Below, piece after piece: positions 37,181 to 46,200 of a stretch of 64,000 bases of DNA; position 1 is the stretch's first letter, and each line of letters begins with the position of its first letter. Made by a program: the position numbers and the translations under genes. The notes beneath the pieces are model-generated. The model was not told the origin of the DNA and made no database searches. It was given only the letters and a program-made list of their open reading frames with translations. The stretch lies in IMG/VR virus record IMGVR_UViG_3300018080_000118, positions 71,947 through 135,946 of that record. The stretch is one strand, 5' to 3'. The stretch is from a virus.

Positions 37181-38658
37181 GGAGCCTCCCACACCTTGTC
37201 GGCGGCGTAGGCGAGGTGGTCGATGCAGGTCTCAACCTGGTGATACCCCTTCATGCCGGGCTTGAGTTTCTTGCCGATGCCGAGGAGTCTCGTGAGTAGC
37301 TTGTCGTGCTCCTGCGGAGAGAGGGTCCACGAGATACGCCGCACCATTGTCGAGACCTTGTCCCAGTAGGTGGATATGCCAGAAGCCTCAGCTTGCGTGA
37401 TCTTCAGCATGACACCCTGCAATGTGGGCATCTCTCCAGGGTCAGGGCGAGTGAGCGCGAGCGAGTCGTCCTCGATCAGCTCCATGTTGGTTGGCTTCAC
37501 GAAGTCAGTGAGGTCCGCCTCCCGTATCCTTTCGTAGGTGAGGCTGCGAGGATAGTTGCTGTGGTATCTGCTCCTCGTACTGCCCCGCCGCTCTGACGAG
37601 CTCTTAGCTGCACTCGCCTTTTTCTTTTCCTCGGCTGCGCGTTTCATCATCTCTCGGCGTACCAGCAGCCAGTTGTTGATCTGGCCGTTGAAGGCTTCGT
37701 CTCTGTGCTCAGTGGCAAAGAGATCGGAAATGTTGAGTGGGATGCGGACGTCGCCGTCGCAGAAGGAGAGCACCAAGGACTCCTGGGCCTTGTCGAGGTT
37801 CCCCACAGTCATGTGGAATCCGATGTGAGGAATCTCGTGCTTGTTGTCTGTACCGCTGGAGAAGGCGGCCATTGCCCCGTGACTGTGTATGGTGCCCATG
37901 CAGCGCAGAACTTGTAGCTCGTTGCCGCAAGAACATACCACCTCTTCCCTGGGGTTGACCGTCATGGTGATGCGACACTTGCTACAGAAGTGCGTGCCCA
38001 GCTCGAAGCGCAGGTGTGCGCTACTCTGGCCGAGCGTCGTTGGTAGAAGGAGCAGGACGTCCCGTGGGCGAAGAATATATCGCCGAGAGTCGTTCTCCGA
38101 TTGGGGAACGGGTCGAGGGACTCGGTGCATCACCAGGATGTCCTCGCTCTTGTGATCCCGGTATGCTTCCCTCATGAACCTCACCATCCTGTGCAGGACG
38201 GTCCTGTGGATCAGAGGGTGGCTCCCCAGGAAGATCGCTGGCTGCATCGGCAGGTCCAGCTTCCCCATCTTCCGGCCCACCGTCTCCGGGTTCTTGGTCA
38301 TCGTGTCCAGGACGATGTCCGTCCACTTCTTCAGGAGTGGCGGCATCTCCCAGGCTGACAGTGATGTCGACGTGGTCGGCAGGGAGCTCTGGGGTGACAG
38401 TGATGAGTCCGACGACGGGTCCGTCGAAGTCGAACTCGACTTCGATGTGGCTGGGAGGCCGAGGTTGCTCAGGTCGCTCCTCAGCTCCCTCGTCAGCTTC
38501 TCCTTCAGGTAGTCCCTCAGGATGTTCTGGTTCTTCGAGTCCTTCTTCAGGGGCTTGATCACCGTCAGCTCCTTCAGGTGCGTGACTTTCATCAAACCCT
38601 TCTTCGTCAAGAGAATCCCGTCTGTAGTCGGGATCTCCAGGTGGATCTTGTTGTTCAT
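37177..38658 (-). CDS. JAB/MPN+ metallopeptidase (deubiquitinase-like) with CxxC insertion
   Basis: GTIHSHGAMAAFSSGTDNKHE and FHMTVGNLD; upstream KSEDILV; CSKC...CSC. Confidence 0.85.
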   Translation of the reverse strand: MNNKIHLEIPTTDGILLTKKGLMKVTHLKELTVIKPLKKDSKNQNILRDYLKEKLTRELRSDLSNLGLPATSKSSSTSTDPSSDSSLSPQSSLPTTSTSLSAWEMPPLLKKWTDIVLDTMTKNPETVGRKMGKLDLPMQPAIFLGSHPLIHRTVLHRMVRFMREAYRDHKSEDILVMHRVPRPVPQSENDSRRYILRPRDVLLLLPTTLGQSSAHLRFELGTHFCSKCRITMTVNPREEVVCSCGNELQVLRCMGTIHSHGAMAAFSSGTDNKHEIPHIGFHMTVGNLDKAQESLVLSFCDGDVRIPLNISDLFATEHRDEAFNGQINNWLLVRREMMKRAAEEKKKASAAKSSSERRGSTRSRYHSNYPRSLTYERIREADLTDFVKPTNMELIEDDSLALTRPDPGEMPTLQGVMLKITQAEASGISTYWDKVSTMVRRISWTLSPQEHDKLLTRLLGIGKKLKPGMKGYHQVETCIDHLAYAADKVWEAP

Positions 38659-38968
38659 GATCTGGGCCTCGGTTACAGGTGGGACAAAGGGGTGATTCGG
38701 AACGCCTTCCGTTCCTGTATAGACTTCTCAGGATGACGGCCATGCCGTCCATGCTGCCGTCATCGATGTGGTGGGATGAAGACCTTCCTTCGTCATCCAG
38801 CAGGTCGAGCACCTCCCTGAGCTTGTATCGATCAGGGTCTACAGTATGTCTGTAATGTATGGTGCGCGGATAGGCCGCTTTGAGTCGACGAGCCATCGTT
38901 TTGTAGAAGGTTTGCTCGTCCGGGGTGACCCGTGGGAGTCGCTTGATTGCACGGATCATATCATCCAT
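38021..38968 (-). CDS. Unknown protein overlapping the JAB gene by 638 nt in another frame
   Basis: GGAGG SD and 8-nt overlap with the E2 stop; ordered N-terminus and a codon-biased beta segment HIEVEFDFDGPVVGLITVTPELPADHVDITVSLG. Confidence 0.55.
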   Translation of the reverse strand: MDDMIRAIKRLPRVTPDEQTFYKTMARRLKAAYPRTIHYRHTVDPDRYKLREVLDLLDDEGRSSSHHIDDGSMDGMAVILRSLYRNGRRSESPLCPTCNRGPDHEQQDPPGDPDYRRDSLDEEGFDESHAPEGADGDQAPEEGLEEPEHPEGLPEGEADEGAEERPEQPRPPSHIEVEFDFDGPVVGLITVTPELPADHVDITVSLGDAATPEEVDGHRPGHDDQEPGDGGPEDGEAGPADAASDLPGEPPSDPQDRPAQDGEVHEGSIPGSQERGHPGDAPSPSTRSPIGERLSAIYSSPTGRPAPSTNDARPE

Positions 38969-39629
38969 TAGAGCCTCCTACAGTGTCGCCGAATGCGCCG
39001 GCGTCGCGCCACTCGATTTCGGAGAAGCTCGATTGCCAGTCTTCTTCGTGCCTTTGTGTCCAGGCGGCCCATCTGTCCAGCATGCGCGTGAATTGGCCAT
39101 CAGCGCCTTCCCTGAAGTCGCGGGGCATTGCCTCTTTCGCGTACGAGATGTGATCGGTGTTGTGCCGGGTGCGCTCCACCTGATTCACCACGTGGTCGAT
39201 CCGGAACACGAGGCACTCATCCTGCGAGGCGAACATGACTCCGCTGGCGCAGATATCACCTTGGAGGGTTCTGTTCGGGAACGGAGCCTGGTAGACCCGG
39301 GTCTCCATGGAGGTTGGCAGGTCGAGCATGAAGTGTTGCTTGACCGTCCGGATACCGCCGTTCTTCATGATGACGGTGTAGAGCCGGTGCGGCATAGCTA
39401 CGGTGAAGACCCGATTCGCCTGATTCATTTCGCGGACTTCCGCACGTCGGATGACGGCGATGACAGTCTTATCGCTGTCCTCGGAATAGTAGACGGTGCC
39501 AACCGGGAGCAGCGGTGTTGTGACGCTGTTTCTGGAGATCGCTCTCCGGAAATCTTCAACGGGCACGATGTCGTGCGTGGTCTCTTCGACGAGCATCGCC
39601 ACGCCATCTGTTATTACGATCTTCTGCAT
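38961..39629 (-). CDS. Prokaryotic E2-like conjugating enzyme (Prok-E2_D/PRTRC protein B-like)
   Basis: LLPVGT...MPHRLY...LPTSMETRVYQAPFPNRTLQGDICASG fits the Y-x-APF-x-N...G-x-IC E2 signature. Confidence 0.75.
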   Translation of the reverse strand: MQKIVITDGVAMLVEETTHDIVPVEDFRRAISRNSVTTPLLPVGTVYYSEDSDKTVIAVIRRAEVREMNQANRVFTVAMPHRLYTVIMKNGGIRTVKQHFMLDLPTSMETRVYQAPFPNRTLQGDICASGVMFASQDECLVFRIDHVVNQVERTRHNTDHISYAKEAMPRDFREGADGQFTRMLDRWAAWTQRHEEDWQSSFSEIEWRDAGAFGDTVGGSNG

Positions 39630-40762
39630 AGTGTCCTCAGATGTTTGAGCTCACCCCTCCACGTCTCGCCTTTCTCGTCCTTGCCTCCGAAGAAGTAGGG
39701 CTTGAGTTGCGGCGACACAGCGCAGATGGCGGCGATCTTGCCTTGGACTTTCTTGAATCCGCGCCGGGTGATCTTCCTGACATTTCCTTCTTTGTCGCGG
39801 AAGTGGCCGGGCGGTACCTTTCCCTCTTCGATGTCCATGATCATGCGATGGATGCGGCCTCGCCAGTACCGGCGCTGCCGCCGTCTGGCATTGACCGTGT
39901 CTTGTCCCACGACCACGCCGCAGACTTCGAGGCGCTGCGGGGCCTTGAACTTCTTGGTCTTCTTCTCTTTGATCTTGAAGTCGCAGTCCTCGACGATGAC
40001 GCGGATAGGGTGCAGGATGTTGTGCAGCGCCCACACACGCCTGTCTCGATTCCTGCGGCTGACGTTCATTCCCCGTTGCAGTCTTCGCCGAACCTCTTTG
40101 GGCGGCAGGTCGTAGTTCGAGCTGATGGTGATGTCATCGGCGTACCGTGTGTACGCGATGGGATCCATGCGCGGCCGCCTGAATGGGGCGCACCCGTCCA
40201 TCGGCTCTCGTCTCCACGCCTCGCATAGGCGCGCGATACGGTAGTCCAGTTGCCGGGCAGCGATGTTGGACAACATCGGGCTGGATGGCGCACCCTGGGG
40301 TAACCCGCCGTCGAGGAAGCAGGCGCGCATGACCAAGGCAAACAGCCAGTCCGGGATGTCGACGTCGTAGCGCAGCGCCTCGCCTACGACTTTCGGGGTG
40401 CACGAAGGGAAGAAGTCCTTGAGGTCGATCTTCAGCAGGTACTTATGGCCCATGTGCGGCTGTGCGTTCGATCGCAGGTTTCGTTCACGCCCGGGCTTTT
40501 TCCGGATGAACGCGTGCGCGTACTTCGATGGCCCGTACAGACGGCCGAGCTCGCGCGCGATGAGCGTCTGCAGCTTCTTGAGTCCTGGCAGCGGTTCTTG
40601 GATCTTCCGCATGCCCCCCGTGCGCTTGGGGATGAGGACCGTCGGGTGGTAGTCTTTCTCGGTTGCCACCCAATCCGGGTCTTCCAGGAGGTCCTGGAAC
40701 CCCGCATCACCGTCCGCCAGTTGCAGCGGAAGAGTGAGCTGTTCAAGCTCCTCTATGAACAT
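39614..40762 (-). CDS. Retron-type reverse transcriptase
   Basis: IPKRTGGMRKIQEP, AHAF, region X NAQPH, KIDLKDFFPS, LPQGAPSSPMLSN, YTRYADDITIS, region Y EVCGVVV (VTG variant). Confidence 0.92.
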   Translation of the reverse strand: MFIEELEQLTLPLQLADGDAGFQDLLEDPDWVATEKDYHPTVLIPKRTGGMRKIQEPLPGLKKLQTLIARELGRLYGPSKYAHAFIRKKPGRERNLRSNAQPHMGHKYLLKIDLKDFFPSCTPKVVGEALRYDVDIPDWLFALVMRACFLDGGLPQGAPSSPMLSNIAARQLDYRIARLCEAWRREPMDGCAPFRRPRMDPIAYTRYADDITISSNYDLPPKEVRRRLQRGMNVSRRNRDRRVWALHNILHPIRVIVEDCDFKIKEKKTKKFKAPQRLEVCGVVVGQDTVNARRRQRRYWRGRIHRMIMDIEEGKVPPGHFRDKEGNVRKITRRGFKKVQGKIAAICAVSPQLKPYFFGGKDEKGETWRGELKHLRTLCRRS

Positions 40763-40801
40763 AGTTCATTCTCCACAATAGGGTCTGGGTAAAAATCTCA
40801 G

Positions 40802-40973
40802 TAAAAGGAGGACGGGGTGGATTTCGCTAGGTCCACCCCGTCCAAAGGATCACGACGTTTCTGGAGGACTACTTTCCTTTGCCACCGGATTTCACGCCTC
40901 CCCACAGGCGATCCAGGTCCCAGCTGGATGCTGCGGTCTTCTTGGTACCCTTCTTCACGAGACACTCCTTATA
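40802..40973 (-). ncRNA. Candidate retron-like msr-msd RNA
   Basis: Flanking TATAAGGAG/CTCCTTTTA (8 of 9 pairs), two short hairpins (40911-40929, 40895-40910), a 7-bp pairing and a perfect 12-bp stem (40810-40843), ending 39 nt upstream of the RT. Confidence 0.4.
40869..40958 (-). CDS. Possible 29-aa peptide MKKGTKKTAASSWDLDRLWGGVKSGGKGK
   Basis: AAGGAG SD 6 nt before GTG; lies inside the candidate ncRNA. Confidence 0.35.
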   Translation of the reverse strand: MKKGTKKTAASSWDLDRLWGGVKSGGKGK

Positions 40974-41079
40974 TGAGATGAGTCGGGAAAACAGCAGGCA
41001 CCTGAATCTGAGTGGTTGAGGCTGAGGTTGAGTCTTGGGTCGGCGGCTGAATCTATATGTTTGTAGGAGGAACACCGGA

Positions 41080-41127
41080 GTAAAAGTCACCGGCTTGAAG
41101 GCCAGTGGCCCAACGGGGCCGGTGACT
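41080..41127 (-). terminator. Hairpin followed by TTTTAC; possible terminator or RNA structure
   Basis: AGTCACCGGC/GCCGGTGACT 10-bp stem. Confidence 0.45.
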
Positions 41128-41187
41128 CGGGGTCTCCTGAAGAGTTGAGGGTTGGGTCAGGTAGCTGCGAGGGATGGTGTGGACGAC

Positions 41188-41520
41188 CTACTCGTCGTCG
41201 TCGTCGTCGCCCATGAGCTTGGCCTGGGCCTTGTCGATGGCGCGCTGCTTGCGCGCGAGCGTCCTGCGCTCCGCCTTGATTTCCCGGGTCAATTCCTCCA
41301 CGGCCTCGTCTTCCGCCATGTAGCGGTCGACGGTGCTGTTGAAGTCCTCGTCCTCGGTGTCATCTTCGGCGAGCAGGTAGCTCGCGCCGTAGACAGCGCC
41401 GCCACCGACCGTGAGGCCGATGCCGATGCCTGCGGTGATCTCGGCGGCCGACTTGTTGGTCTTCTCCACAGCCAGACCACTCGGCAGCTTTCCCTTTCCT
41501 GCGTCTCTGAATTTCTTCAT
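41188..41520 (-). CDS. Small protein with Gly-rich hydrophobic segment and coiled coil
   Basis: AGGAGG SD; ITAGIGIGLTVGGGAVYGASYLL; acidic end. Confidence 0.7.
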   Translation of the reverse strand: MKKFRDAGKGKLPSGLAVEKTNKSAAEITAGIGIGLTVGGGAVYGASYLLAEDDTEDEDFNSTVDRYMAEDEAVEELTREIKAERRTLARKQRAIDKAQAKLMGDDDDDE

Positions 41521-41697
41521 TGGATTCCTCCTGTAAAACGTCGGTTGATCATGAGCTCCACAAGCGCCCCCAGTGGGCGCGTGTTAGCGATAAGCTCACG
41601 TTCATTATTCTTTTGACAGAAATAGGCTGTTTTTTGGACCCTTTCGTTCTATAATTCTAGATGCCTAGTTTTCATATCCTTTTTGGAGACGTCTCTC

Positions 41698-42411
41698 ATG
41701 GCTGAACCTGGCTCCATCGGCAAGAAGCCACAGGGGTCCTTCGTCAACACAAGTCAGATGGTCGACGACATCAAGCGCAAGAAGGAGCTTGAGTCGCTCG
41801 AACAGATGAAGGATCGGAAGGAAGAAGAGGCTCTGGAGGAAGAGGAGAAGAAGCAGAACGCGGAGATCGACAAGCTCCTGCCCGAGCGTGTCGAGTCTGC
41901 CTTCGGCGAGCTTCCCTACGCAACCTTCAAGGAGCTCTATCAGGACGTATTCGATGCAGTGGCCAACAAGGACCACTGGTCTCTCGGATACGTCTCCCAT
42001 GCGATGGACTTGTACGACGGTGTGCCCGTCCGAGTCCGTACGCTGAGGAAACGCGAGGCCGACGTGCTGCGCGGGGTGGCTCCCAAGGGCGCGGCCTATC
42101 CGGGCGCGGACATCGACCAGTTCAATGCGGAACGGGCGGAGTACGAGACTGTCCGCTTGCTGGTCTGTCTGCAGCAGTTCGGCGAGATCCAGTTCGAGGA
42201 TAGCGTGAAGCTGTCGCTCGCCAACTTCTCTGAGTGGCGTGAGTCCAAGGACGCCAAGGCCCGTGCCGAGCAAGTCGACGACCTGCCTGACGAGGTGATC
42301 TCTCTCCTCGGAGCCGTCATCAACGATACGATGGTCGCGTATCGCTGTGCGATGACGGAAAACTTAAAAAACCAATTAGCACCTCTCTCGCGTACTACCG
42401 CCTCCGATTAG
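41698..42411 (+). CDS. Tail assembly chaperone (lambda gpG-like)
   Basis: Upstream of tape measure gene; ends with a slippery site. Confidence 0.65.
   Translation: MAEPGSIGKKPQGSFVNTSQMVDDIKRKKELESLEQMKDRKEEEALEEEEKKQNAEIDKLLPERVESAFGELPYATFKELYQDVFDAVANKDHWSLGYVSHAMDLYDGVPVRVRTLRKREADVLRGVAPKGAAYPGADIDQFNAERAEYETVRLLVCLQQFGEIQFEDSVKLSLANFSEWRESKDAKARAEQVDDLPDEVISLLGAVINDTMVAYRCAMTENLKNQLAPLSRTTASD
42366..42372 (+). other. -1 programmed frameshift heptamer A AAA AAC
   Basis: The -1 frame is open (KPISTSLAYYRLRLV) and continues into ORF 42411-42725. Confidence 0.8.
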
Positions 42412-42725
42412 TGCTGAGAGGGGTGGATCTCACCCAACACGGACACCTCGAACAGATCGATCTCCTTGAGGCGGAGAAGCGTGATCTGCTGATGAGGTTC
42501 ATGGACCAGGTGGTTAGCATCATGGCCTCGGCTGGCTCCTCGCCCGAAGCCATGGAGTTGATTAAGCGGCTCAAGGAGGTCTACTTCATAGGGTACGCCG
42601 AGAAGCGAAAGATGGAGAGTCAGAAGGCGGCCCAGGAGCTCCTCGAACTTAGCCGCAAGGTCTTCCACGTCGCTCCAGGCGTTCGCGGTGGCCCCTACCG
42701 ACTCACCGTTCAGGACGGACAATGA
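42411..42725 (+). CDS. Tail chaperone frameshift extension (gpT-like)
   Basis: In -1 frame relative to the upstream gene; no good SD of its own. Confidence 0.65.
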   Translation: MLRGVDLTQHGHLEQIDLLEAEKRDLLMRFMDQVVSIMASAGSSPEAMELIKRLKEVYFIGYAEKRKMESQKAAQELLELSRKVFHVAPGVRGGPYRLTVQDGQ

Positions 42726-43285
42726 GCACAGAATACTTCTCCTCCGTCGTCATGAACCAGACCATCGACATGGTGCTGAAAGGTCTGCGGGATCTCCGTT
42801 CCGCTGACCTCAGCCCATTCTACGAGCAGCCCGAGGCGGTCCCGGCAGGCTACACCACAGAGACGTATCCCGGGGTTCGCGAAGAGATGCTGGACAACGA
42901 GCTACCTGTCGTGTCGCAACCCGCCTTCTCTTCACAGCTCTCGGACGCAAATGGTCAGGAGCTGTTCGTAGAGTTTCTTGGGGATGCCGGGCTTGTTCAG
43001 ACGGAGTCCGGCGATGACTTCACACAGGAGGCTCATGCTGATTCTCTACCTGATCTGGGTGATATTGGTGATCTACTTACGAGGCTGTCTGACGAAGGCG
43101 TTGTCACTCTTGATGTAGAGCGCATCCGAGAGATCGCCGAGCTGGTCAACATCCCTAGACCTCCCGGCGTCCTGAATCATCTCCTCATCCCTGATCCGGA
43201 TCCTATCGGCGAACTGGAGCCGATCATCTCAAGACGATTCGCTCGGATGAGACAGTACCTTCGCAGCTACTTTTCCACGGAATAG
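42722..43285 (+). CDS. Hypothetical acidic protein
   Basis: ATGA-coupled; lies between chaperone and tape measure genes. Confidence 0.65.
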   Translation: MSTEYFSSVVMNQTIDMVLKGLRDLRSADLSPFYEQPEAVPAGYTTETYPGVREEMLDNELPVVSQPAFSSQLSDANGQELFVEFLGDAGLVQTESGDDFTQEAHADSLPDLGDIGDLLTRLSDEGVVTLDVERIREIAELVNIPRPPGVLNHLLIPDPDPIGELEPIISRRFARMRQYLRSYFSTE

Positions 43286-43288
43286 CCC

Positions 43289-46200
43289 ATGATTCCGAAC
43301 CCAGGACACCCCTCTCAGGAGCAAGCCGCTCGGGCCATGTCTCAGGCCGATGCCTTCGTCCAGCAGACGCGGCAGCAGGCGCTCCAGTCTATGCAGTCGC
43401 AGCACCAGACCTATACCGGTGGTGCTCAGCCTGGCGTCCTCACTTACGCCGGACACGGCGCAATGATGACCGCAGGCGCGACCATGCGCGCTGGCCAGAG
43501 CGTCATCTCCGGTGCAGCTACGGCCATGGGTGCCGGGGCTTCGCTGGCGCAGCCCATCTCTCAGCAGGTAATGCAGGCCGGTGCGGGGGCTCGGCCCGGA
43601 CTGATGCCGCAAGGGTTTTTCGGGATGCTGTCGACGGCCTACGCCCCACGATGGTTGCTACCTCATGCGGGTATGGCCTTCGGGATGGAGTCAGCCGTTC
43701 GTCGAGAGTTTGCTCAGGAGGAGTTGGGTCGTCGCTGGGACATGTTCGGACGCAGGGCGGCTACCGCCGGCGCGGACTTCCTTAGCCTTGGTGTCACCTC
43801 TCACCTCATGCGACGCACCGGCATGGAGGCCCGCATCTTCACAGAGATGCAGACCGAGCGCTCCCTACAGCAGCGTCTTGGTGTCGTGCGTGGGAGCCAA
43901 TACTCCGCAGCGACTGGGTTCGGTGTTCGCCGAGGCTTTCTTACGGAAGGCGGCGGTGCGGAGGCTATGCAAGAGTTAATGGGCGGTGCCGCTAATCTTC
44001 AGGCGGCTTTTGGCTACAGCAGTGACCAGCTGAACACCCTCACCCAGACGGCCATGGGCGCTATTACGCCCGGACGTCTTCAGACCGCAGCTATGGGTCG
44101 CGGTGGCGGCATGCAGGCTCTTGGTAAGGAGATCAGCGGCATTCGCAGTGAGCTGGCTCGCGCCGCCAGAGAAATGCAGATGACCGAGGAGGAGGCCGTC
44201 AAGTTTTTCGAGCAGCTCAAGGGGACCATGGAGGTCACCACCGAGGGTTTCAGAGGGTTCAGAGAAGGAGCCCGGCAGGCCGCGCTCAGCGGTCCGTTCT
44301 CTCAGGCGCAGATGGGGCAGATTGGTATACAGGGACGGGCTATGGGTCTGGCGAACTATATGGACCCAACTGTCATGCAAGGCGAGGCTTTCTCCCGCGC
44401 CAACGAAATCGCCGAGTTGCGTCGCCAGGGTGTCATCCGGTCCGAGACACTGCTGCGCGAGGGCGGCGGCACTGGTGCTGACGCCATGGCAAGAATGCTG
44501 ATGGCCAGAATGCAGCGTCAGATGGGCGCTGTTGGCGCAGGGAGAGCTAACGAGTCACTGATTTTGGCGCAGGCCAACCCCGGAGCCTATCAGCAGGGTC
44601 TTCAAGGTCAGGGCTTTCTGGGCAGGCAAGGAGCCATCGCCGGCGCTTTGATTCGTGATCCTTTCGCTCTTCGCCGCGCTCGACAGAATCCCTCAGTTCG
44701 CCGGACTGTGGCGATGAACCTGGAGCTCGACGCCTTCATGGAGGGTCAACGCATTGCAGCCATTGATCCTGCGGGTCAGCTGGCGGCTCCTGAGATCTTT
44801 GCTCAGCGCATGGGCTTCGGCTCTGTCGAGGAGGCGTTGCCGCAGTACGAAGAGGTCGAGGCCCGGATGTTGGGCGCTCGGACACGCATAGAGCAAGCAG
44901 GTATCCGTGGCGACAGCCAGCAGCTGGCTAACTTCGCACTAGCTTTCGGCAAGCTTGGGGGCTACGAGACCCAGGCTATCGTTAGTGCCATGACCAACAT
45001 GCAGAATGTCCAGGATATGGACGTCGGAGGTATGTCTGCCAAGGGTCTCCGGTCGGCGGTGCGAAGAACCATGGCAGAAATGCAGGTGCAGGCCGCCGGG
45101 CGAACGTACGGGCAGTTCGCGGCCAATATGCACGTTGGGGGTGCGGCCCAGTCCATGGCCAATAGGTTGTTGTCTGGCTCAGTCGAGAGGTACAAGCTCC
45201 CCCATCAAGCACGCGGCACCGTGCAGAATGCCATTAGCCTTGAGACGGCGAGTCTTCGCACCACACAGACAGTGCGCGGTGATGGCTACTACGCACCACC
45301 AGAGCTCGTAGAGACGTGGAAGGCCTACACACCAGAACGTGTGAATGAAATGATCGGCCGCCTCCGTGCCCAGGATCCCAAGATGACTGACGAGGAGCTT
45401 GCGAAGGCCATCCTTGGTAATCGTGCAGGCTGGGATGTTGAAGAAGGTAGGCGGGGGTTCCTTGGGCTTGGAGGTGTTGGTGTAACTCGGTCGCGCCTCA
45501 CAATCAAGAACAACAAACTTGTCCGCGAGACTCAGCGACTGGCAATGAACAACGACCTCGATCGAGACTGGAGTCAGCGAAAAGCGGAAATCATGGCAGG
45601 CGGTGACTGGTCTACCACCGATGTTGAGGTGTTCGGGGAGAGTGGCGATGTGGATGCCGCCGCCCGTCTTGCGCTGGCTGCTACACAGGCAGGAAGAGCT
45701 ACCCGGATCAGATCCTTTTTCGATCCGAATGTGCGCGAGGCTCGCATGTCTATGCGGGAGCTTGTGCGCTCTTCTCCGACGGGTGTTGACCTTCTGAGGC
45801 GATCCGTCGGCGGTTTCATGGTCCCGGCTGGCGCTGACGGGACCCTCAAGAGGATGTCCTACATCCAGGGAGATCTGACACAGAAGAAGCTAATGAACAT
45901 GCTCGACTGGGAAGACAACTCCATGCTTAGTGGGGCCATGTTTAAGCAGCGAGCACTCAACCCCGTCACAGGGCTGATGAGAGCGTTTTCATCGAGAGGC
46001 GGTCTGGAGGACTTCGCTGCGCTACAAGAGGCTATCCCGTATGAGACGTTGAAGTCCGTCATGGAGAGCTACGCAGAGGGCAAAGACATTAACATCAAAG
46101 CCGCTGCCACGGACAAGAAGGGCATGCAAAAATTCATGTCGGAGCTCGGGGGCAAGAAGAGAGTAGAGTTTGTCTTTGACCTGATGAAGTCCGCGATAGG

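Noticed and set aside
39614-40762. RT as a DGR or group II intron enzyme
   Set aside because: It has the retron NAxxH and VxG signatures and PQG/YADD. I saw no adenine-variable TR/VR repeat pair, avd-like gene, maturase domain or intron domain V, and the flanks leave no room for a ribozyme.
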